Assembly: GCA_963848295.1 (NCBI GenBank)
Contig: CAWKDB010000010.1
Span: forward strand, 1,536,001-1,600,000
Direction of reading: 5' to 3'
DNA length: 64,000 nucleotides
DNA from: an uncultured delta proteobacterium
Lineage (GTDB): Bacteria > Myxococcota_A > Polyangia > Haliangiales > Haliangiaceae
Shown here: in pieces, positions 53,208 to 61,482 of the stretch
How the letters are laid out: each line of letters starts with the position of its first letter
Numbering within the stretch: the first letter of the stretch is position 1
Translations under genes and position numbers: made by a program
Notes under the pieces: model-generated
The model's input: the letters and a program-made list of their open reading frames with translations, nothing else
What the model was told of the DNA's origin: nothing
Databases searched by the model: none

Positions 53208-53743
53208 GTTCTCGCGAGGTCACGCAAGGCGAGCACGGTGCGCCAGTTGCGAAGCGTGCAGGTCGTCGCGAGCGCCTTGTCGAAGTAGGCGTTCGTCAGC
53301 TTGGTCTTGCCGACGCCGCGCGGGAGATGAAAGTAGATCTCGCGGCCCACGACGGCGAACGCGTCGCCCGGCGATCGGTTCGGCTCGAGCGACGCGATCG
53401 CGGCGGCGGTCGGACGGGTGGTGAGAAAGCCGACGTGCACGAGATCGGCAGCGACCCCGGCGGCGAGGTACGGGTTGTGCGTCGTGATCGCTTCGAGCTC
53501 GGCGCCACTGCGTACGGTCAGCGGCGGTCTGAATCCGAACGCGCGTTCGATCGCGGCGCCGAGCTTCTGCGGCAGCTGCTTCGCGACCGCGGCGGTCGCC
53601 TGGAACGCGAGGTTGCCGCTTTGAATGTACGTCTGGACCTCGGCCGCGCCGGCGCGCTTGCACAGCTCGACGAGCTGCTTCATCGGCAAGAGGTTGTTGC
53701 CGCCGACGTTGATGCCTCGAAGTAGCGCGACGTAGGCCGCCAT
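53204..53743 (-). CDS. DUF1697-family protein
   Basis: YVALLRGINVGG, TYIQSGN, TLRNWRTV. Confidence 0.92.
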   Translation of the reverse strand: MAAYVALLRGINVGGNNLLPMKQLVELCKRAGAAEVQTYIQSGNLAFQATAAVAKQLPQKLGAAIERAFGFRPPLTVRSGAELEAITTHNPYLAAGVAADLVHVGFLTTRPTAAAIASLEPNRSPGDAFAVVGREIYFHLPRGVGKTKLTNAYFDKALATTCTLRNWRTVLALRDLART

Positions 53744-53768
53744 GCGCGCATGGTAGTAGAGTCTGCCC
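53744..53768. promoter_or_regulatory. Back-to-back -10 elements (bidirectional leaderless promoter candidate)
   Basis: ATGGTA-g-TAGAGT: TACCAT on - and TAGAGT on +, each 6 nt before its ATG. Confidence 0.6.
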
Positions 53769-54620
53769 ATGATCGCATTCCTCGGCATGGGCTTACTCGG
53801 TTCGAACTTCGTCAAGGCGTTGCGCAAGCGCGGCGAAGCGGTCCAGGTGTGGAATCGCTCGCCGGCGCGCGCGACCGCGCTCGATCCGATCGGAGCGCGG
53901 TCGTTCGCGAGCGCGGCTGATGCGGTGCGCGGCGCCGCCCGCGTGCATCTCACGCTCAAGGACGACGCCGCGGTCGACGACGTGCTCGAAGCGGCGCGCG
54001 GCGGGCTCGCTGCAGGCGCGGTGATCGTCGATCACACGACGACGTCGGCGGCCGGTACGCTCGCTCGGATCGCGCGGTGGCGGGAGCGCGGCATCACGTA
54101 CGTCCACGCGCCGGTGTTCATGGGCCCGCAGAACGCGCGCGAGTCGACCGGCATCATGATGATCTCCGGCGCGCGCGCGGCCGTCGATCCGCTGCGCGAG
54201 CCGCTCGCCGCGATGACCGGCAAGCTCGTCGACCTCGGCGAGCGACCCGACGCCGGTGCGGCGTTCAAGCTGCTCGGCAATTCATTCTTGATGGCGCTGA
54301 CCGCAGGGATCGCCGATGTCCTCGCGCTCGCGAAGGTCCACGGCGTGACCAGCGACCAAGCCGCCACGCTGTTCGAGTTCTTCAACCCCGCCGGGCTGAT
54401 CGCACCGCGGATGAAGCGGATGGCCGAGGGTGCTTTTGGCGACCCGTCGTGGGAGCTCGCGATGGCGCGCAAGGACGCCGGCTTGATGCTCGAGGCGGCC
54501 GCCGCGGCGCACACCTCGTTGATCGTCACACCCGCGATCGCGGCACGCATGGACGCGGCGATCGCGACGGGCCACGGCGCCGACGACTGGACCGTCATCG
54601 CGGTCGAGCCGACCCGCTAA
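53769..54620 (+). CDS. NAD(P)-dependent beta-hydroxyacid dehydrogenase (3-hydroxyisobutyrate dehydrogenase family)
   Basis: IAFLGMGLLG, VWNRS, HAPVFMGP, AAFKLLGN, MARKDA. Confidence 0.9.
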   Translation: MIAFLGMGLLGSNFVKALRKRGEAVQVWNRSPARATALDPIGARSFASAADAVRGAARVHLTLKDDAAVDDVLEAARGGLAAGAVIVDHTTTSAAGTLARIARWRERGITYVHAPVFMGPQNARESTGIMMISGARAAVDPLREPLAAMTGKLVDLGERPDAGAAFKLLGNSFLMALTAGIADVLALAKVHGVTSDQAATLFEFFNPAGLIAPRMKRMAEGAFGDPSWELAMARKDAGLMLEAAAAAHTSLIVTPAIAARMDAAIATGHGADDWTVIAVEPTR

Positions 54621-54643
54621 GTCACGTTGCAGATGTCGGGCGA

Positions 54644-54654
54644 GGCATGTTGCC
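54644..54654. promoter_or_regulatory. GGCA-N3-TGCC enhancer candidate
   Basis: GGCA-tgt-TGCC, 100 bp upstream of the 54744 sigma54 motif. Confidence 0.45.
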
Positions 54655-54743
54655 GCCTCGCGACACCCGGCTCGGTCCGTGGCGCTGGCACCACAGCAAA
54701 GGTCGGACGTTGGCCGGCGAACCGCGGCAGGCCCGTACCGATC

Positions 54744-54759
54744 TGGCGTGACGCTTGCT
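54744..54759 (+). promoter_or_regulatory. sigma54 promoter
   Basis: TGGCGTGACGCTTGCT, a close consensus match. Confidence 0.72.
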
Positions 54760-54772
54760 GTGACCCCCCGAC

Positions 54773-55276
54773 ATGTCCGTTCGGTTTGCCGCGATCGTCA
54801 CCTCCATCGGCCTCGGTCTCGCGGGCTGCAAGGGCATGGGAGGCTTCGCGTCGGGGCTCGGCCATGTCGCGTCGGGGCTCGGCCATGTCGCGTCGGGGCT
54901 CGGCCACGTCGCGGGCAGTGTCGCGGTCGCGGCGGCTCGAGCGGCGCCGGCCATCGCGCGCGCTACGCCGCTCGTCGCTCGCGCCGCAGGCCAGGCGATC
55001 CCGGTCGCCCTGCGAGTCACCGAGACGGTCGCCGAGGCGGTCGCGTTGGCGAGCGACACCTCGGGCGACGATGATCAGCCAGCGTCCGAGGCGGCGGCGT
55101 CGGAGTCGGACTCGGCGCCGTCGTCGGGCGAGAACGACGTTCCCGGGGCGCCCGGCGCCTACGACCCGTGCGTATCGTGCCCGGACGCGATGCCGTGCGA
55201 AGCGTGCATGGGCTGGAACAACAACGCCTGCCGCGACACGCCGGGCGGCGCGCTGCTGCGCTGCGAATCGCAGTGA
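54773..55276 (+). CDS. Lipoprotein with (ASGLGHV)3 repeat, acidic linker and six-Cys C-terminal domain
   Basis: Lipobox LAG-C; tail CVSC..CEAC..C..C. Confidence 0.75.
   Translation: MSVRFAAIVTSIGLGLAGCKGMGGFASGLGHVASGLGHVASGLGHVAGSVAVAAARAAPAIARATPLVARAAGQAIPVALRVTETVAEAVALASDTSGDDDQPASEAAASESDSAPSSGENDVPGAPGAYDPCVSCPDAMPCEACMGWNNNACRDTPGGALLRCESQ
54846..54913 (+). repeat. 21-bp tandem repeat, about 3.2 copies, in frame
   Basis: tcgcgtcggggctcggccatg x2, then tcgcgtcggggctcggccacg and a partial copy. Confidence 0.95.
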
Positions 55277-55277
55277 C

Positions 55278-55559
55278 CTAGAAGCAGCAGGAGTCGCGGT
55301 AGCCGCAGGCCGGGCACTTGTAGTGCGCGTGCTCGGGCTGCATCTGCGTGTTGCAGCTCGGGCAGATCGTCGACAAGTCGGCCGAACGCCCGACGCGTAG
55401 CTCCGCCGAAGGCGGTGCGGAGGTCATCGACAGGTCGCAGCTCGGCCGGCGGGGAGGCTCGGCGACGACCTCGGGTGGCCGGGTGACCGCGTTCGGCGCG
55501 ATCGTGGCGACCGCCGCAAACCGGGACGGGGGCAAGGTACCGCGTGGGAATCGCTCCAT
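55278..55559 (-). CDS. Small zinc-ribbon protein (start uncertain)
   Basis: C-terminal CPSCNTQMQPEHAHYKCPACGYRDSCCF. Confidence 0.65.
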   Translation of the reverse strand: MERFPRGTLPPSRFAAVATIAPNAVTRPPEVVAEPPRRPSCDLSMTSAPPSAELRVGRSADLSTICPSCNTQMQPEHAHYKCPACGYRDSCCF

Positions 55560-55587
55560 GGCCGAGCCCTAGCACAGCGGTCTGACG

Positions 55588-58500
55588 ATGGCGGATACTC
55601 GAGGCGTGAGCATCGAGCGGGACGACACCATCCAGCCGACGACCAAGCTCGGGGTTGGCGAAGTGCCGACCGCTGACTTGCGTCCGGCACGGATGCGCAT
55701 CGCCACGATCGAGATCCCCGGCTACACCGTCACCGACCTGCTCGGCGAGGGCGGGATGGGCACGGTCTACGCCGCGGAACAGGACAACCCGCACCGGCGG
55801 GTCGCGATCAAGGTGCTCGAAGGCCGGTCGCAGAGCGCATTCATTCGGTTTCAGAACGAAGCCGAGATCATGGCGCGGCTCGATCATCCCGGCATCGCGC
55901 GCGTGCTCGAAGCGGGCGAAGCCGATGGCCGGCCGTTCCTCGTGATGGAGCACGTCGATGGCACGACGCTCGATCGCTACGTCAAGGAGCTCGGGTTGCG
56001 CGCGCGGCTCGAGCTGTTCGTCGCGTTATGCGAGGCGGTCCAACACGCGCACATCAAGGGCGTGATCCATCGCGATCTCAAGCCGGCGAACGTGATGGTG
56101 CGCAGCGACGGTCGCGTCGTCGTGCTCGACTTCGGCGTCGCGCGGCTCGCGGTCGACGATGGCTCGATGACGCCGACCGCGACGCGCGCGGGCGAGCTGA
56201 TCGGCACGCCGATCTACATGAGCCCCGAGCAAGCGCGGCTGCGCCCCGACGAGGTCGACGCGCGCACCGATGTCTACACGCTCGGCGTCATGCTCTACGA
56301 GCTGTGCAGCAACGAGCTGCCGTACGAAACGCGCGACGCGCCGCTGCCGATCCTGACGTGCATGATCTGCGAGGATCCGGCGACGCCGCTCGCGAAGCGC
56401 GATCCGGCGCTGCGCGGCGATCTCGACGCGATCACCGGCAAGGCGCTCGCGAAGGAACCGGGCGAGCGCTACCAATCGATCGCGGCGCTCGGCGACGACG
56501 TGCGCCGTCACCTCGACAAGTTGCCGGTCTCGGTGCGCTCGCCGGGAGCGATCGAGCGCACGGCGCGGTTCGTGCGCCGCCGGCCGTATCTCGCAAGCGC
56601 GATCGGGGTCGCGGTCGCCGCGGCTGCCGCGTTCGCGATCGTCGTGACGATCCTGTGGCGCGAAGCCGCGGTCGCGCGCATCGTCGCCGAAGGTGCGACC
56701 GCGCAGAGCGAGGTCCGGCGCGCCGCACTCGAGACCCGGACGAATCAGCTCACGCTCCGCACCGCCCGCGCCGCGCTCGCCCGCGATCCGACCGAAGCGC
56801 TCGCGTATCTCGCGACGTTGACCTCGCGCGGCGTCGACGCCGGCACCGCGTGGGCGATCGCCGACGAAGCGCTCGCTCGCGGCGTCGCGAAGGACGTGCT
56901 GCGCGGCCACTCCGACGAAGTCCACCGCATGGCCGAGCTGCCGGGCGGCTTCGTCAGCGCCGGCTACGACGGCAAGGTCATCGTGTGGGATCCGGCGCCG
57001 CGCACCGTGTTCACCGCGAAGAAGGGCCGCGCCCACGTCGCGGTGCCTTCACCCGACGGCTCCGAGATCGCGGTCGGCGGCGACTTCGGCGGGCTCGACG
57101 TCGTCAGCCGCGACGGCAAGCACCTGGCTTCGCTCCCCGGCTACGCCGGCGACGTCCAGCACGTCGCTTGGTCCGCCGACGGCGCGTGGCTCGCCGCCGG
57201 CGACGACCACGGCCGGCTCGCGGTATGGCCCAAGGGTCGCGCACCGTGCGTCGAGCTCATTCCGGGTGGCTCGACGATCGGCACGGTCGCGTTCGCGCCG
57301 ACCGGCGAGCTCGCATCCGGCGATCACGCGGGCGTCGTCCGCTGGTATGACCTCGCGACGCACGCGAGTGCATCGGCGGCGACCGGCACCGATATCGCGA
57401 CGGTGTGGACCGATGGCAAGCGTGTGATCTCGGCCGACGCGGGTGGCACGGTGCGCACGTTCCGCGTCGATCGAACCGCACCGCCATCCGGCGGCGCTGC
57501 CGGTCCCGGGCAAGCCGGCACCGTCGAAGGCACTCCACCGGCGCTCGTCGCCGATCACGTCAAGGCGACCGGCGTGAACGTCAAGCGCGCGGTGTTCGGC
57601 CCGGCCGGCGCCTGGCTCGTGCTCGGCGGCGTCGGCGGCACGGTGACGCGGGTCGTGCTCGACGCGGGGCAGGCCGGCGCCGTCGACGGCGATACGCTCG
57701 AACCGATCGGCCTGCATCACTCGCAGGTTCGCAGCATCGCGATCTCGGAAGATGGCCGGTGGATCGCGCACGGCGGCGACGACGGCACGCTCGCGCTCTA
57801 CGATCGAATCAGCCGGCGCACGCGCGAGCTCGCGGGGCACACCGGCCGGATCCGCCACCTGCTATTCGTCGACGGCGGCAAGCAACTGCTGTCGTCGGAT
57901 AGCGACGGGGTCGTGCGCCGCTGGGACCTGACCGAGATGCCGCCGACCGAGCTCTCGGCGGGCGGCGAGGCGATCGATCGGCTCGCGATCTCGCCCGACG
58001 GCGCGACCGTCGCGACGGTCGATGCGGCGTACGGCGTCTCGACCTGGAATACCGCGACCGGCGCGCACGTCGCGCTCGGCACCGCCGACAGCCGCGTCAC
58101 CGCACTCGCGTTCGCCGGCGATCGGGTCGTGACCGGCACGACCGAAGGCATCGTCACGCTGTGGGGGGACCCGCCGCACAAGGAGTCCGTTCACGCGATC
58201 GTCAAGGCGATCGCGACGAGCAGCGATCGGATCGCGGTCGCGACCTCGGCGGGCCCGATCGCGATGTTCTCGGTCGCGGGCGGTGCGCTGCCCTCGCTCG
58301 CGGGCAACCCAGCCGGCACCGAGGCGATCGCGTTCGCGCCGAGCGGCGACCTGCTGGCCTCGGGCGGACAAGATCGTTCGGTCCGCGTGTGGCGGCGCAC
58401 GACCGACGCGTGGACTCAGGTCGCCGCGCTCGACGGTCCGAAGGGCGACACCACGTTCGTCGCGTTCTCGCCGGGCGGCGACTTGCTCGCGAGCGCGGGC

Positions 58501-58974
58501 AACGACGGCGTGGTCTACGCGTGGCGCGTCACGAACGGCGCCGTAGATCCCGGTTCGCGAATGATCGTCGCTCGTCACACCGGCGCGGTCACCGCGCTCG
58601 CGGTCACCGCCGGCTGGATCGCCTCGGCGGGCCGCGACGTCGTCATCACGCGCGCGAAGGTGTCGGCCGGCTCGGTCGGCGCTTCCGAAACCGCGACGAT
58701 CCCCGCCGCCGCAACTCGGCTCGTGCTCGAAGACGATGGCGACTTGCGCGCGGTGACCCGCGCCGGCGGCGTGATCCGGTGGTCGCTCGGCTCGCCCGCC
58801 GTCGTCGAGAGCGAGCACGGCGCGCGCGACGCGGTGCGGCTCGCCGATCACGGTCGTTGGCTCGAGGCGTTCGACGACGGCGCGCTCGTCGCCGGCTCGC
58901 TGCACGCGCGCTCGCTCGCCGAGCTCCGAGCCACGCTCGCGCGCGCCACGACGTACACGCTCACGGCGCGCTAG
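55588..58974 (+). CDS. Ser/Thr protein kinase with a TM helix and WD40 repeats
   Basis: [34 protein letters not shown]; repeated GH...WD and LASGGQDRSVRVW. The start may be GTG at 55606. Confidence 0.93.
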   Translation: MADTRGVSIERDDTIQPTTKLGVGEVPTADLRPARMRIATIEIPGYTVTDLLGEGGMGTVYAAEQDNPHRRVAIKVLEGRSQSAFIRFQNEAEIMARLDHPGIARVLEAGEADGRPFLVMEHVDGTTLDRYVKELGLRARLELFVALCEAVQHAHIKGVIHRDLKPANVMVRSDGRVVVLDFGVARLAVDDGSMTPTATRAGELIGTPIYMSPEQARLRPDEVDARTDVYTLGVMLYELCSNELPYETRDAPLPILTCMICEDPATPLAKRDPALRGDLDAITGKALAKEPGERYQSIAALGDDVRRHLDKLPVSVRSPGAIERTARFVRRRPYLASAIGVAVAAAAAFAIVVTILWREAAVARIVAEGATAQSEVRRAALETRTNQLTLRTARAALARDPTEALAYLATLTSRGVDAGTAWAIADEALARGVAKDVLRGHSDEVHRMAELPGGFVSAGYDGKVIVWDPAPRTVFTAKKGRAHVAVPSPDGSEIAVGGDFGGLDVVSRDGKHLASLPGYAGDVQHVAWSADGAWLAAGDDHGRLAVWPKGRAPCVELIPGGSTIGTVAFAPTGELASGDHAGVVRWYDLATHASASAATGTDIATVWTDGKRVISADAGGTVRTFRVDRTAPPSGGAAGPGQAGTVEGTPPALVADHVKATGVNVKRAVFGPAGAWLVLGGVGGTVTRVVLDAGQAGAVDGDTLEPIGLHHSQVRSIAISEDGRWIAHGGDDGTLALYDRISRRTRELAGHTGRIRHLLFVDGGKQLLSSDSDGVVRRWDLTEMPPTELSAGGEAIDRLAISPDGATVATVDAAYGVSTWNTATGAHVALGTADSRVTALAFAGDRVVTGTTEGIVTLWGDPPHKESVHAIVKAIATSSDRIAVATSAGPIAMFSVAGGALPSLAGNPAGTEAIAFAPSGDLLASGGQDRSVRVWRRTTDAWTQVAALDGPKGDTTFVAFSPGGDLLASAGNDGVVYAWRVTNGAVDPGSRMIVARHTGAVTALAVTAGWIASAGRDVVITRAKVSAGSVGASETATIPAAATRLVLEDDGDLRAVTRAGGVIRWSLGSPAVVESEHGARDAVRLADHGRWLEAFDDGALVAGSLHARSLAELRATLARATTYTLTAR

Positions 58975-60049
58975 CCCCCGACTTGTTCTTGACCGCGAAC
59001 AGCAGGTTGTCGAATCCGGCAGCCTTGGCGGTGAGCACGATGCGGTTGATCACGATGGCGTCGGTGAGCTCGTCGGCCTGAAGGATCAGGACGCCCTGCG
59101 ACTTCCTACCGGGTGGCAGCGCCGCCGTGAGCTCGGCGATCGCGCCCGAGCCCTTGCGCAGTGCCGCGGTGGTCGCGAGCGCGTGATGCTCGAACTGCAG
59201 CTCGGTCTTGGTCACGATCACGACCGGTGCTTGGCGCAGACCGGCGTCGGTCGTCGGCAGCGATGGGGTCGGGGCCGGAGCGCGCGCCGTCATCGGCTGG
59301 TCCTTCGGCGGAGCGCAGTGACTCCGCGCGCCTTGCGGATCGGTCGGCAGCGGTCCGTAGGTGAGCGACCCGGGGTCGTCGAGCCCGGAGTCCATGCCGT
59401 GCTTGATCGCGATGTCCATCGCGTGGATCGTGTCTTGATACACGACGCCCGGCGCTGACGCCACGTCGGCCTCGGCTCCGCACGTGGCCGACTCGAAGGT
59501 CGCGATCTCGGCGTCGAGCCAAGTCGTGTCGATCGCGCCCGCTCGCCGTGGCGCATAGCAATGCTGGTCCGCCGCGGTCGCGATCCACACGCCGCCGGTG
59601 TCGATGTAGATCTGGAAGTCGCGGACACAGGTTGCCACCGGCCGCGTGCTCGGCTGGGGGTTGATCGAATCGATCGCGGTCTGCTTCATCACCGCGATAA
59701 TCTTCCCGCACTCGTCGGCGTGCGCGAGGATGTAGCTCGGCAGCATGCAGCGCTGCATCTCGGGCGGCATGCCGCGGCACTGCTTCGCGGCATCCGCCGT
59801 GGGGGCGTGAAGGTTCGGCGCCATCGTCGGGATCGCCGCGATCAGCTTCGCGAACCGGTCGCACAGCTCCCCGCTCGGCGCGACGCAGCCTTCGATCGTC
59901 GTCGCGACCTTGACCGGATCGCCGGGATAGCGCGCCGTGATCGCGACCATCGCGTTCGCCGGCTTGCCGAGCACGAGCTCGCAGTCGCTCGGCTGCGCGC
60001 GCGAGCCGCAGCCAACCACGAGCACCGCGATGACGAGCGAGCGACACAT
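58961..60049 (-). CDS. Cys-rich lipoprotein with two ExbD/TolR-like periplasmic domains
   Basis: Lipobox VVG-C; VASAPGVVYQDTIHAMDIAIKHG and LILQADELTDAIVINRIVLTAKAAGFDNLLFAV. Confidence 0.7.
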   Translation of the reverse strand: MCRSLVIAVLVVGCGSRAQPSDCELVLGKPANAMVAITARYPGDPVKVATTIEGCVAPSGELCDRFAKLIAAIPTMAPNLHAPTADAAKQCRGMPPEMQRCMLPSYILAHADECGKIIAVMKQTAIDSINPQPSTRPVATCVRDFQIYIDTGGVWIATAADQHCYAPRRAGAIDTTWLDAEIATFESATCGAEADVASAPGVVYQDTIHAMDIAIKHGMDSGLDDPGSLTYGPLPTDPQGARSHCAPPKDQPMTARAPAPTPSLPTTDAGLRQAPVVIVTKTELQFEHHALATTAALRKGSGAIAELTAALPPGRKSQGVLILQADELTDAIVINRIVLTAKAAGFDNLLFAVKNKSGASAP

Positions 60050-60094
60050 ACGCCGGTGATAACACGCCTCGCCCCGCGCGCCGGGTAGCTCGGA

Positions 60095-60856
60095 TCACCG
60101 GTCGCGAGCCGGGACGGGCTCGACGAGGTGCGCATGGATCTTGACGTGCATCGTGCCGGCCTTGCGGCCGTCGTCGATGAGCTCGCCCGCTTGATCGAGG
60201 TCGCGCCCGGTATTCGAGAGCCGCAGGGTGCCCTTTGCATGGATCGAACGGGCAACGGGCAGGTCGGACGTGAGCTCGACATCGAACAAGATCGCTTGCT
60301 CATCGATCGCGCGCACGACGAGCTCGACGTCGTCGGCGTTGAGCTGCAGGCCGAGCCGCTCGCCTCGCGTGGGTCGGTAGCGCTCGCCGACCGTGAAGCG
60401 GTGCGAGTAAAACGAGCGGCGCCCGGCCTCGCCTTGCAGCTCGGATCGAGCTTCCTGCATGTCGTGGTCCTGTTCACCGGCGGGTACCGGCGCGCCGTTC
60501 TTCGAAACCACGATCCCCGAAGCAGTGATCGTCGCGTCGATCGTATCGAGGTCGGGTGGCTGGACGACCCCGTCCTTGACCCTGCGATCCACGCTCGCTG
60601 TCGTCCGGTAACGAGTCACCTGGTCGCCGGCGACCGCGAGCACCTCGCCGGCGAGCTCGCTGTGCCCCGTGATCACGTGCTCGACGCCATCGCGTTCGAC
60701 GATTTCGGTGTCGAGATCGAACGTCCAGTCGACGCGGTCGCCGACGCGCGGCGGAACCCAATGAAGCGGGCTCGGCGCCGAGGATCCCGCGCGTTCGCAT
60801 GCCCCGACGCAGACCGGCAGGGCGAACAGCGACGCGAACGCGACGCGGCGATCCAC
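60095..60856 (-). CDS. Hypothetical beta-rich lipoprotein
   Basis: GTG start; VCVGA-C lipobox; coding-like GC3 bias. Confidence 0.65.
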   Translation of the reverse strand: MDRRVAFASLFALPVCVGACERAGSSAPSPLHWVPPRVGDRVDWTFDLDTEIVERDGVEHVITGHSELAGEVLAVAGDQVTRYRTTASVDRRVKDGVVQPPDLDTIDATITASGIVVSKNGAPVPAGEQDHDMQEARSELQGEAGRRSFYSHRFTVGERYRPTRGERLGLQLNADDVELVVRAIDEQAILFDVELTSDLPVARSIHAKGTLRLSNTGRDLDQAGELIDDGRKAGTMHVKIHAHLVEPVPARDR

Positions 60857-60860
60857 GCCG

Positions 60861-60873
60861 GTGGTAATACCAC
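60861..60873. promoter_or_regulatory. Perfect palindrome in a 23-bp divergent intergenic gap
   Basis: GTGGTA-a-TACCAC between the starts at 60856 (-) and 60880 (+). Confidence 0.5.
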
Positions 60874-60879
60874 GCCGCG

Positions 60880-61482
60880 ATGTGGCGAACCGGCAGCGCC
60901 TGGACCGACCGCGATGCACTCGCACGACAGTGGCGCGGCGCCCAGCCGTTTCCGCACCTGGTGTTCGATGACGTGTTGACCGAGCCAGCGCTCGCCGAGC
61001 TGTTCGCGATCCTCGACGAAGAATCGGTAGATCCGTACGAAGGCGACATCTTGTCGTTCGAGGCATCGCCGCCCGAGCCCCGCACCGCCGAGCTCCGCGC
61101 CGTGCGCGAGGCCTTCGCGGCCGCCTACGCCGCACCGCTCGCGGCGATCACCCACAAAGTGCTCGCGCGCGCCGACATGCGCGCGTTCGCGTATCGCATC
61201 GGCCACTACCTCCTGCCGCACACCGATCACCGCGACGGGCTGCACCGCGCGCTCGCGTACGCGTACTACCTGCCGTCGCCCGAGCCGCCGACCGGTGGCG
61301 AGCTCGAGCTGTTTCGCTGCTCGATCGCCGATGGCGAGCTCACGGAGACGACGTCGGCGCTGCTGATCGAACCGCGCGGCAATCGCCTGGTCGTGTTCGA
61401 GGTCAACGACGTGTCGTTGCACCAGGTCCGCGAGGTCACCGCCGGGCTGCGGATGTCGCTCGCCGGATGGTTCTATCCGTGA
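60880..61482 (+). CDS. 2OG-Fe(II) oxygenase resembling the OGFOD1/Tpa1 catalytic (prolyl hydroxylase) domain
   Basis: AQPFPHLVFDD, YLLPHTD (HxD), RALAYAYYL, GGELELF, NRLVVFEVNDVSLHQVREV, RMSLAGWF. Confidence 0.88.
   Translation: MWRTGSAWTDRDALARQWRGAQPFPHLVFDDVLTEPALAELFAILDEESVDPYEGDILSFEASPPEPRTAELRAVREAFAAAYAAPLAAITHKVLARADMRAFAYRIGHYLLPHTDHRDGLHRALAYAYYLPSPEPPTGGELELFRCSIADGELTETTSALLIEPRGNRLVVFEVNDVSLHQVREVTAGLRMSLAGWFYP

Noticed and set aside
54846..54913. 21-bp repeats as a mini-CRISPR
   Set aside because: The copies are contiguous with no spacers, in frame inside a CDS, and there are no cas genes.
54622..55059. Minus-strand ORF with (ATWPSPD)n or (MAEPRRD)n repeats as a RiPP precursor
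   Set aside because: These are alternative frames of the same DNA repeat. The + strand has the lipobox and promoter, and no modifying enzymes are adjacent.
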